Below are positions 1-7,293 of a stretch of DNA of 10,547 nucleotides, piece after piece (positions within the stretch are counted from its first letter, which is position 1; the number at the start of each line of letters is the position of its first letter). The stretch spans positions 1-10,547 of the forward strand of contig JBHLMQ010000067.1 of NCBI GenBank assembly GCA_048938005.1. The letters run 5' to 3'. Source of the DNA: Promethearchaeota archaeon (lineage in GTDB: Archaea; Asgardarchaeota; Lokiarchaeia; Sigyniarchaeales; SOKP01). The position numbers and the translations under genes are program-made. The notes under the pieces are model-generated. The model had not been told where the DNA came from and ran no database searches. It saw nothing but the letters and a program-made list of their open reading frames with translations.

Positions 1-123
1 TAATTTAAGGTTTTTGCTCTAAAATCTACCTTTTTAATATATTTTCTAAATTTAAATCGTAGATTTTACAATTTATAATTTTTAGATTCATAAATCCCAG
101 AAAAGGATATGAAAAGATTTGGA

Positions 124-1263
124 TTAAATTAGAATAGGATCTTTGGGCACATAGGTTACTTGTTCGCAGTTTTCTTTCCCTATAATGATATCATCTTCTA
201 ATCTAATTCCCCATTTACCAATCCAATATAGACCTGGTTCATTTGTATACACCATGTTCTCTCTGAGCTTAATATTTTCATGGACTTTCCAATTTATTCT
301 AGGACCAATGTCATGGGATTCAAAACCAAGAGAGTGTCCCAAACCGTGAAAAAATAATTTCTCATGGTCAAAACCTTTTTCAGCTAAATATTCACGACAT
401 TTTTTAGCTGCCAAAAAGTTTGGAGTATCATTGGTATAATATTTATTAGCGATAACTTTAGATTCATAAAGAGCACTATAAGCTTGTATAAATTCATCTG
501 GGGGCTTTCCATTAATCCAAAACGTCCAAGTTATATCTGAGCACATTTCATCAATTTGTAATCCCGTATCGATTAGCAAGACACCTCGTTCAATCTTTTT
601 CTTGGAAGTATTATGATGCGGATCTGCTGAGTGGGCTCCAGTTGCCACAATGGTTTCAAATGCAGATCTACCTAACTTTAAATACTCATATTCTAATTTA
701 GCTTTTATTTCATTTTCAGTCATTCCAGTTTTTATCCAATCTGGAATTGTTTCTAATATCTCGATTGTTATTTTACACACATTTCTCAGATCATTTAGTT
801 CATCCTTAGATTTTACACTTCTAAGTTCAAATATTATGGGAGCTGCTGAAAAGAATTCAGTGTTTGGAGATAATTCTTTTAATGAAAAATAATCTCCAAC
901 ACTAATATGATCTGCATAAGCAGTGCTTTCTTGGGTTAAGATATTTTCTCCAAAATTAAGAGCTATACGTTGTTTATTAACCAATGGAATTAAATAAGAT
1001 CTTAGTTCTTCTACTGATTTATAAGGAGTTACCTGAGCATTTATCCCCTTCTTTTTAAGGGATTGTTTAATCATATTTACTTCCATCTCGACAGCGAATA
1101 TCTGATGGTATCCATTTGCTGCGATATAAATATAATGACGAGCATGAGATGCAACACCAAGTAAGAATCGAGAATTTACATCGCTATCTTCATTACATAT
1201 TATTAACCAACCATCGCCATTTACATCTTGGAGTATTTGCTGAGCTTTTTCAAATTTATCCAT
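124..1263 (-). CDS. M24B family Xaa-Pro aminopeptidase/dipeptidase (prolidase-like), 379 aa
   Basis: Pita-bread-fold metal-ligand motifs occur in the expected order: SADPHH, LLIDTG, CSDITWT, FFHGLGHSLGFESHD, TNEPGLY, GIRLEDDIII. The N-terminal region of about 150 aa fits a creatinase/prolidase N-domain and ends in ELRSVKSKDEL. Confidence 0.95.
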   Translation of the reverse strand: MDKFEKAQQILQDVNGDGWLIICNEDSDVNSRFLLGVASHARHYIYIAANGYHQIFAVEMEVNMIKQSLKKKGINAQVTPYKSVEELRSYLIPLVNKQRIALNFGENILTQESTAYADHISVGDYFSLKELSPNTEFFSAAPIIFELRSVKSKDELNDLRNVCKITIEILETIPDWIKTGMTENEIKAKLEYEYLKLGRSAFETIVATGAHSADPHHNTSKKKIERGVLLIDTGLQIDEMCSDITWTFWINGKPPDEFIQAYSALYESKVIANKYYTNDTPNFLAAKKCREYLAEKGFDHEKLFFHGLGHSLGFESHDIGPRINWKVHENIKLRENMVYTNEPGLYWIGKWGIRLEDDIIIGKENCEQVTYVPKDPILI

Positions 1264-1512
1264 ATATCAAATCATTAAATGGTTTGTAATTAATTTTATT
1301 AAAATAGTATATTTTTGATTTATTCAATTAAAAAACTAAAACTTTCATTAAAATTATGGGAATTAATGGCTTTAATAAAGTGATAAAGAAAAAAAAATAT
1401 TGTTATTGACTTTTTATTTTTTAAATATAGTGAATAATAAAAATATTTATTATATCTCAGTCCATTAATTATTAAGAATTAACAAAAATATTCAATTAAG
1501 TTGAGATTTAAA

Positions 1513-1965
1513 ATGTCCGAAATTATAAAAATCCATTTAAGTACTGGTACAGAGCTAGATTTTGATGAAAAAGCACCAACTACCCTTTTTGAATTGATAA
1601 TTAGTGATATTTTAATTCCAAAATACAAAGAGAATGCTGATTGGAACTTAAGTTTAAATATTATCATCGAAGAAATGAATCGTCTTATAATTAAGCATGA
1701 TTTGAATCCAAAATTAAAAATAGGTCTATTAAATCGAGTAGAAGAACATTTAGATAAAGATATTGAGGAATTAACAGGCGTAGATAAAATTGAAATATTA
1801 TTCTTAAATATGGATGATTATGTTGAAGATATAAGAAAATTAATACTTGCTGGTAAAGATAAAGCAGATCTTCGAACTAGCATGGCTCAATTAGTAATGC
1901 CCTTAACACTTTTTGAATTATCTGAGCTTTTTATTTATTTGGGGAAACGAACATTTTTAAAATAA
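1513..1965 (+). CDS. Hypothetical soluble, acidic, largely alpha-helical protein (150 aa from ATG 1513; ORF track starts at TTG 1501)
   Basis: Open frame with typical composition, divergent from the peptidase and followed by a T-rich tract. In-frame ATG at 1513 (MSEIIKIHL). No recognisable family motif. Confidence 0.8.
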   Translation: MSEIIKIHLSTGTELDFDEKAPTTLFELIISDILIPKYKENADWNLSLNIIIEEMNRLIIKHDLNPKLKIGLLNRVEEHLDKDIEELTGVDKIEILFLNMDDYVEDIRKLILAGKDKADLRTSMAQLVMPLTLFELSELFIYLGKRTFLK

Positions 1966-1970
1966 AAAAA

Positions 1971-1988
1971 TTTTTTCTCTTTTTATTT
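1971..1988 (+). terminator. U-rich archaeal-type terminator of the hypothetical gene
   Basis: TTTTTTCTCTTTTTATTT lies just after the stop codon at 1965. Confidence 0.45.
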
Positions 1989-1998
1989 GCACTTTTGT

Positions 1999-2076
1999 TT
2001 AAGTTTCAGGACATATTTCAACACATTTAAAACAACGCGTACAAAGTGAACCCCATTGGGGAGTTATTTTAATATT
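1999..2076 (-). pseudogene. 4Fe-4S ferredoxin-type fragment (remnant or non-canonical small ORF): NIKITPQWGSLCTRCFKCVEICPET*
   Basis: Manual translation of the minus strand gives a perfect C-x2-C-x2-C-x3-C-P motif (Cys codons starting at 2043, 2034, 2025, 2013). It is bounded by TAA at 2079-2077 and TAA at 2001-1999, with no ATG/GTG/TTG in frame. Confidence 0.65.
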
Positions 2077-2128
2077 TTATTTTAGATTAAATGTAAAATT
2101 ATATATAACTTTTAATTTTGATATTAAA

Positions 2129-2929
2129 CTAATCTAATTTTACTTCTTTTGCTGTTTTATATAGATAATTATAGTAGTAATTGCTAGCAGGTCCAAAAGC
2201 TAAATAATCAGCATTTACTCCAAAATAACTTAATTCTCTAGGGAAAAAACTCTCAGAAAGCATAATAAAAGCATCTTCACCTTCATCTATAATAATGGAA
2301 CTCCCAAAAATTTGGTCCCTCCATCTAATTTCACAAATTGAGTTATATTTTTTAATAAGTGCTCTGAATTTTTTATCATTTAATGCTTGAGCTTCAATTA
2401 GAAGCCTAAGATCTGTTACACCTCTTGCTCTTGCTTTCTTTATATCTTCATAGAACACATCCAAAAATTCATAATTGGTAAAAACCAAATAGATCGAATT
2501 TTTAGCTAAATTAATCAATGATAAAGACCTATTAATACATACGTCCCTACCACGATGAATATATAAGGCAATTTTAATAGGAGTATCGTGAGATTGATAA
2601 ATTGGTGTTAATGTTTGAATAATTTTATTCGAATAATCATTAAAACTATCACTATATTGCTTCTTTGCGATAATCAATGCTTCATCTGGGCTCTTAGCAA
2701 AATATCTTGAAGGGCGTGACTCCTCCTCCTTAATAATCCACATTTTTTCTTTTTCAAGCTGAGTTAAAATGTTGTAGATTCTCGAATAAGGGACTCCCGA
2801 AGCTTCAGAAAGTTCTCTTGCGTCCATTGGCCCTTTACTTATCAAAGTAAGATATATAGAAATCTCATAATCAGTGAGTCCAATTGATCTTAATGATTCT
2901 TTTACGTTTTCTGGAATTTCTTTAGACAT
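2129..2929 (-). CDS. TrmB family transcriptional regulator (266 aa from ATG 2929; ORF track starts at TTG 2971)
   Basis: N-terminal TrmB winged HTH: LRSIGLTDYEISIYLTLISKGPMDARELSEASGVPYSRIYNILTQLEKEKMWI...SRPSRYFAKSPDEAL. It is followed by a helical linker and a TrmB-type effector domain (IHRGRD...LINLAKNSIYL...AKARGV-like ARARGVTDLRLL...SIIIDEGEDAFI). Confidence 0.93.
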   Translation of the reverse strand: MSKEIPENVKESLRSIGLTDYEISIYLTLISKGPMDARELSEASGVPYSRIYNILTQLEKEKMWIIKEEESRPSRYFAKSPDEALIIAKKQYSDSFNDYSNKIIQTLTPIYQSHDTPIKIALYIHRGRDVCINRSLSLINLAKNSIYLVFTNYEFLDVFYEDIKKARARGVTDLRLLIEAQALNDKKFRALIKKYNSICEIRWRDQIFGSSIIIDEGEDAFIMLSESFFPRELSYFGVNADYLAFGPASNYYYNYLYKTAKEVKLD

Positions 2930-3099
2930 GATTTCATTGCTTTTTATATTTTCGAAAGGTTTGGAACCCAATCTGTTGTTTTAAAATATAATATAAAATG
3001 TATTAATCTTAATATAATAATAAGGTTATTCTTTTCTTAAATTTATTTGAATTAAATAGTCTAATTTCAGTTAGGTTGCTATTCTTATTGATAATATTA

Positions 3100-3140
3100 A
3101 TATTTAAAAAGAAAAAAGAAGTTAAAAAAATCATAAAGAA
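3100..3140 (-). terminator. U-rich terminator downstream of the membrane protein gene
   Basis: The + strand AAAAAGAAAAAAGAAGTTAAAAAAA reads as T-runs on the minus strand just after the stop at 3147. Confidence 0.4.
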
Positions 3141-3146
3141 AGGATC

Positions 3147-3734
3147 TTATTTTATTTCTAAAGGTCCTTTAAAATATATAATTGATATTGATGACAAAAC
3201 AGAAATCCCACCTATTATGATATAAAATAATCTCCAAAATTGAACGCCAATAGAATTAAAAAGAAAGTAGAAGCAAATTATCCACCCTGCTATGGTTAAA
3301 AGACCGAATGCTAAATAGTAATCCCTTTTTTTATCTGAAGGTAAAGCTCTAAATAGTAAAATTGCATAAAAGGGCGTTATAAATCCAATTCCCGCACTTG
3401 ACATCACAAAAATTATAAAATATGTTACCCAATTCCAGGTAATACTCATATAAATATAAGTAAAGCCTGTAAATATTACACCAATAATTAAAAGTTGTTT
3501 ATTAACTTTCGTAGTTAAACGGATTGTTATGAATAGAAACACAGCAAATGCGAGAAAGGCTAAAAGGAGTAATTCTGCAAATCTGATGTCAGTGATTATC
3601 CAAGAACCACTAGGATTAATTATATAAGGTGAAAGAAATGATAAAAAATTGAGAAATGCACCTGCAAAAATGCCAGATAAAATAACAACTGGTAATATAA
3701 ACCTAAAAATTATTTGTTTATCCATAATAATCAT
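3147..3734 (-). CDS. Polytopic membrane protein (about 6 TM), resembling one half of an MFS transporter
   Basis: About six hydrophobic segments. MFS N-half-like signatures are LTTKVNKQLLIIG (degenerate motif-A position), SAGIGFITP...LFRALPSDKKR (TM4/loop) and FWRLFYIIIGG (TM6 WRxxF-like). The start may be ATG 3725. Confidence 0.75.
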   Translation of the reverse strand: MIIMDKQIIFRFILPVVILSGIFAGAFLNFLSFLSPYIINPSGSWIITDIRFAELLLLAFLAFAVFLFITIRLTTKVNKQLLIIGVIFTGFTYIYMSITWNWVTYFIIFVMSSAGIGFITPFYAILLFRALPSDKKRDYYLAFGLLTIAGWIICFYFLFNSIGVQFWRLFYIIIGGISVLSSISIIYFKGPLEIK

Positions 3735-3979
3735 TTTAATTTAAAATCCATATAAAAGTTTTTTTTTAAATAAACAATAAAATTATAAATCCAGACTTCA
3801 ACATTTAAAATCTTAAATTTAAAAGAATAATTTTTTTATAGAAGAAGTTCATATTTGGAAGGAGTTAATGAAGTAACATTTTCTTTCCTAGTATAAATAT
3901 AAGAAAAAAATACTTTTCTAAAACAATCAAAATTCCTAAAACACTTTATAGAATAGTAAGACTCAAGTGTTTTCTTAGT

Positions 3980-3994
3980 GAAAATATTTATATA
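3980..3994 (+). promoter_or_regulatory. Putative BRE/TATA promoter for the 960-aa gene (probably a leaderless transcript)
   Basis: TTTATATA at 3987-3994 is preceded by purine-rich GAAAATA and centred about 26 nt upstream of ATG 4016. No Shine-Dalgarno is visible. The AT-rich background lowers specificity. Confidence 0.45.
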
Positions 3995-4015
3995 AAACAA
4001 TTCAAAATAAATATT

Positions 4016-6898
4016 ATGTTAAATAAAACAAAATTTAATATTTCAGTAATTGTTTTAGCTATAGGTATTGGTCTTGTACCAACTGGGTTTTTCTTAAATG
4101 GATATTATAGAGATCAAGTCCGTTCCTATGTTCCTGAAACTCTTTTGAATATTCAGGAGACTGTTATACCTGAAATTGAATCACAATTTCTTGGGTTAGG
4201 AATATGCGAGGATTTACCCATTATTCAGGACCAACAAACAGAATATATTGAAGATGAAGTAGTCAAAATACTATCTATTCCAAGTACTCTTTTATACCTT
4301 AAAAATCTATCAATGCCATTATTTTTACAAAGAATAAACGGTTCGATGACAAGTATAAATATTAGCGGAAGTCTAGATGTTGTATCTAATGATATAAATG
4401 ATAAAATTTATGGTTCAATATCAGCTCAGCTAATAAACTCAACAATAAAGCAAGTCATGATTAGTAATTCAACCACAGAAGTTTTTGCTAGAGAGGTTTT
4501 CTTCAATAATTATACTTTTCAAGATAATTATTCAACTTCGATATTGGGTGTCTCGGAATATGCTACAAGCGGTACGAATAAATTAAATTATACTATTACT
4601 GCTCAACAAAGACTGTTAGATGGTTATCTGACTTCTCCAGGTTTAACTCAAGATCTTGAAAATGGTACTGGTGTTCTGGATTTCATGGAATTTTACAATA
4701 ATGCAACGGTAGATCCCTTAACTTACAATCAGACAATGCAAACAACTTATAATTCTACATGGGAGCAACTTACAGCATTAGCAGGATATATCACAAATTA
4801 TTTGTGGAATTCTATAGTTCCTAATATAATTTCCGCAAATTATAGTATGACACCATCAGAATATGCAGCATTTCAAGCGAGAGAGCTTTTCTTTAATGAC
4901 GAACATTGGTCATCTACTACAAAAAATATTACTTCTATTAAGGGTATTTCAGAATATGGAACAGGAGGGGTGAATAACCTAAGTTTTTCGACCGCCGCTC
5001 AAGAAAGAATCTTGTATGGTTATTTATACGCTCCAGGTATTCTAGAAGAACTGGATTTAGGCACAGGTGTTCTCGATTTTCTTGATCTTTATGCACAAAC
5101 CTCTGGGGATATTATAATGCAATCTCTGTATGATGCCACATTTTATCAATTAAAAAATGTAACTTCTTATCTAATTAAATATATGTTTGAAGTAATTGTA
5201 ACTGAACAATTGGGATTAGATGGATTAACTTTAGAGACAGCAGCATTGAGGGATTTCTATAGTCAGTGGGCAAATGCTTCGATTTTCACCCGTGGAATAT
5301 TTCTCAGGGATTTAAGCACTGAACTCGGAAATCAGCTTAGAATGTCAACCGTAGCTAAATTAATTCGAAGTAATATTATTAAAATAGTAAATGTAAATGG
5401 TACAACCTTAGAATTTGCGAGAAATAGGTTTTTTAATGATTTCAATTTAACAGGGAATTTCACAGTAAACATACAAGGTGTCTCTCAATTTAATTCTAGT
5501 AGCACATATAGTCTCAACTATTCAATTAGCTCTCAAGAAAGAATATTGGATGGATATAATGATGCACCAGGAATATTAGAATCGTTTGATACTGGTATAG
5601 GTTTACTCGACTGGTTGGATTTCTATCTATTGGCTTTTCTAGATCTCGGGGCCAACAGAACTTTAATGGAGACTACATATAATGCGACTTGGGTTGATCA
5701 TCTTTTCCCTATGGGACAATATCTCTTAAATTATATGTTAGGTCAAAAAGTTGGAGCATCTACACAAAAAGGTTTAGAAATAGGATTTCCAACACCATCA
5801 GGGATTTCAATGAGTGCGGCCGCAATTCTTTGGGACCCAGCCAATTCATCTAGTTTCGTAAATGATGTGGGAATTCAAAAATGGTCAAGTGCTGAGAAAG
5901 GAAATTTAACTATCCAAAACGAATTGAATATAACTTTTGGTTTTAGTAATACGCAATTCCAAAAAATGTATAACTGGTTATTTTCAACTATAAAAGATGT
6001 TATTGTGCCGATTGTTTTTATTCTCCTGAGACCAACTGGCCTCAGAATAACAACCACTGAATATGCAGAAATTTTAATTCTAGAACAATGGGCAAATGCT
6101 ACTGTTATTCCTGCTGGACTCGATCTTGGGGGCGGAGTTAAAGGTTTCGAAGTAGGTATTCCAGAAAAATCTAATATTTCGTTATCTACAGCAATAGATT
6201 TCTTCGATCTAAAAAATTCATCGTCATTTATTCATAAAAATGGACTTCTAAAATGGATTGATGCCGAAAATGGAGATAATATCACTAGAACCGAATTAAT
6301 CACAACTTTTGATTTAGAAACGGATCAATTTGACTTGATCTTAAACTGGTTATTCACAACATTTAGAAATAATGTTATTCCTATTACTTTTAATATAACA
6401 GGATATACATTAACTGAAATTGCAGGATTGGAATTCTATCGTCAATGGGCTAATGGTTCACTTTTTACTAGTGGACTTGACCCTGGACCAGCCTTTGGAC
6501 TCCCGTCTCTCAGTGGGTGGGAACTGGGTATTCCAACTTCAAGTGGAATAGATCTTGTTATGGGTATGAGATTGTGGGATGAAGAAAATCGTAATTCACT
6601 AGTATCTCAAAGTGGAATTGCCCGTTGGTTTAATGCAATAGAAGATCCTCAAGTGTATAATTATCTGATAAACTATTTCAAGTTTACTGACAGTCAAATG
6701 CAAGGAATGTTTGAGTGGTTAATAAAGATTAGAGAGGATTTCACCCTAATTTACTCGAAATTACAAATGGGGTTACCAATAAACGCATATGAGTTTGGAA
6801 GTTTATTAATCCTTGGATTTACCGTGTGTGGATTTGTTATTGCTGCTAGCGGTGTGTTGTTTGCAATTATAACAAAATTATCTAAACGTCGAAAGTAG
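4016..6898 (+). CDS. Large extracytoplasmic repeat glycoprotein, 960 aa, with N- and C-terminal membrane anchors; family unknown
   Basis: Hydrophobic segments at aa 7-27 and aa 927-952, the latter followed by a basic tail (KLSKRRK). About 33 N-x-S/T sequons (hand count) lie between the anchors. There are six internal repeats. Confidence 0.9.
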   Translation: MLNKTKFNISVIVLAIGIGLVPTGFFLNGYYRDQVRSYVPETLLNIQETVIPEIESQFLGLGICEDLPIIQDQQTEYIEDEVVKILSIPSTLLYLKNLSMPLFLQRINGSMTSINISGSLDVVSNDINDKIYGSISAQLINSTIKQVMISNSTTEVFAREVFFNNYTFQDNYSTSILGVSEYATSGTNKLNYTITAQQRLLDGYLTSPGLTQDLENGTGVLDFMEFYNNATVDPLTYNQTMQTTYNSTWEQLTALAGYITNYLWNSIVPNIISANYSMTPSEYAAFQARELFFNDEHWSSTTKNITSIKGISEYGTGGVNNLSFSTAAQERILYGYLYAPGILEELDLGTGVLDFLDLYAQTSGDIIMQSLYDATFYQLKNVTSYLIKYMFEVIVTEQLGLDGLTLETAALRDFYSQWANASIFTRGIFLRDLSTELGNQLRMSTVAKLIRSNIIKIVNVNGTTLEFARNRFFNDFNLTGNFTVNIQGVSQFNSSSTYSLNYSISSQERILDGYNDAPGILESFDTGIGLLDWLDFYLLAFLDLGANRTLMETTYNATWVDHLFPMGQYLLNYMLGQKVGASTQKGLEIGFPTPSGISMSAAAILWDPANSSSFVNDVGIQKWSSAEKGNLTIQNELNITFGFSNTQFQKMYNWLFSTIKDVIVPIVFILLRPTGLRITTTEYAEILILEQWANATVIPAGLDLGGGVKGFEVGIPEKSNISLSTAIDFFDLKNSSSFIHKNGLLKWIDAENGDNITRTELITTFDLETDQFDLILNWLFTTFRNNVIPITFNITGYTLTEIAGLEFYRQWANGSLFTSGLDPGPAFGLPSLSGWELGIPTSSGIDLVMGMRLWDEENRNSLVSQSGIARWFNAIEDPQVYNYLINYFKFTDSQMQGMFEWLIKIREDFTLIYSKLQMGLPINAYEFGSLLILGFTVCGFVIAASGVLFAIITKLSKRRK
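4487..5737 (+). repeat. Three type-A protein repeats (aa 158-263, 288-390, 468-574; nt 4487-4804, 4877-5185, 5417-5737)
   Basis: Shared pattern ARxxFFN...G(V/I)S(E/Q)(Y/F)...LxY/FS/T...Q(Q/E)R(L/I)LxGYxxxPG(L/I)......GxG(V/L)LD(F/W)xxxY...MxxxYxxT(W/F)...YxxxY(L/M). Confidence 0.92.
5771..6721 (+). repeat. Three type-B protein repeats (aa 586-655, 710-779, 834-902; nt 5771-5980, 6143-6352, 6515-6721)
   Basis: Shared pattern GxExGxPxxSxI......(L/F)(W/F)DxxNxxS(F/L)(V/I)xxxG(I/L)xxWxxA...Fx(F/L)xxxQ.....WL. Associated QWAN motifs occur at aa 417, 691 and 810. Confidence 0.92.
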
Positions 6899-6900
6899 GA

Positions 6901-6941
6901 ATTTTATACTTTTCTTATTTTTTCCTTCATTTTTTTATTTT
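6901..6941 (+). terminator. U-rich terminator of the 960-aa gene
   Basis: Several T-runs (TTTTCTTATTTTTTCCTTCATTTTTTTATTTT) follow directly after TAG 6898. Confidence 0.55.
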
Positions 6942-7293
6942 AACACTTCAAAAAAGTCCTAAAACATTTAAAATTTGTTATGAAAATAATATCCTATTTT
7001 ATGCCTTAATTCACGAATGTTTGATTATTGATTGTATTAATTTATAACTTATTATCACAAATTTTATACAAATATGTTTAATAAAAAATTTTAACAAATT
7101 GTTTAAAAAATATTAAGAGATTGATAAATCTATAAAGAGTTTTTTAGACATAAGTATTTAACATTATATACAAAAGATTGTAAAAAAAGAATAAAATTGA
7201 AGTTTTGATTAAAAAAAAATTGATAAATGATCATATTTAATAAAGAATAAATATTATTTCCAATAAAGAATACAAAATTCAATTTGTGATTTC

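Noticed and set aside
20-68. 10-bp inverted repeat TAAAATCTAC (20-29) / GTAGATTTTA (59-68)
   Set aside because: AT-rich arms with a 29-nt spacer at the window edge. Without the flanking context it cannot be assigned as an operator, terminator or element end.
650-892. 80-aa ORF on + strand
   Set aside because: Antisense shadow wholly inside the well-supported M24 peptidase; no motifs.
1479-1667. 62-aa ORF on - strand
   Set aside because: Antisense to the longer 1513-1965 CDS; composition typical of a shadow frame.
2049-2065. GC palindrome CCCCA-T-TGGGG between convergent genes as a hairpin terminator or ncRNA
   Set aside because: The stem is very short, and the sequence is explained as the Pro-Gln-Trp-Gly codons of the ferredoxin remnant.
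1999-2079. Selenocysteine/pyrrolysine read-through rescuing the ferredoxin fragment
   Set aside because: Both flanking stops are TAA, not TGA or TAG.
3857-3876. SD-like GGAAGGAG followed by ATG AAG TAA (mini-ORF MK*)
   Set aside because: A two-codon ORF with too-short SD spacing; other genes here lack SD motifs, so it is likely chance.
5875-6057. 60-aa ORF on - strand
   Set aside because: Antisense inside the 960-aa repeat protein.
6872-6898. C-terminal KLSKRRK as a eukaryote-like dilysine retrieval signal
   Set aside because: It does not fit KKxx or KxKxx and is adequately explained by the positive-inside rule.
7054-7290. Possible MITE bounded by ATCACAAATT/AATTTGTGAT
   Set aside because: The arms are only 10 bp, there is no evident target-site duplication, and no second copy or transposase occurs in the window.
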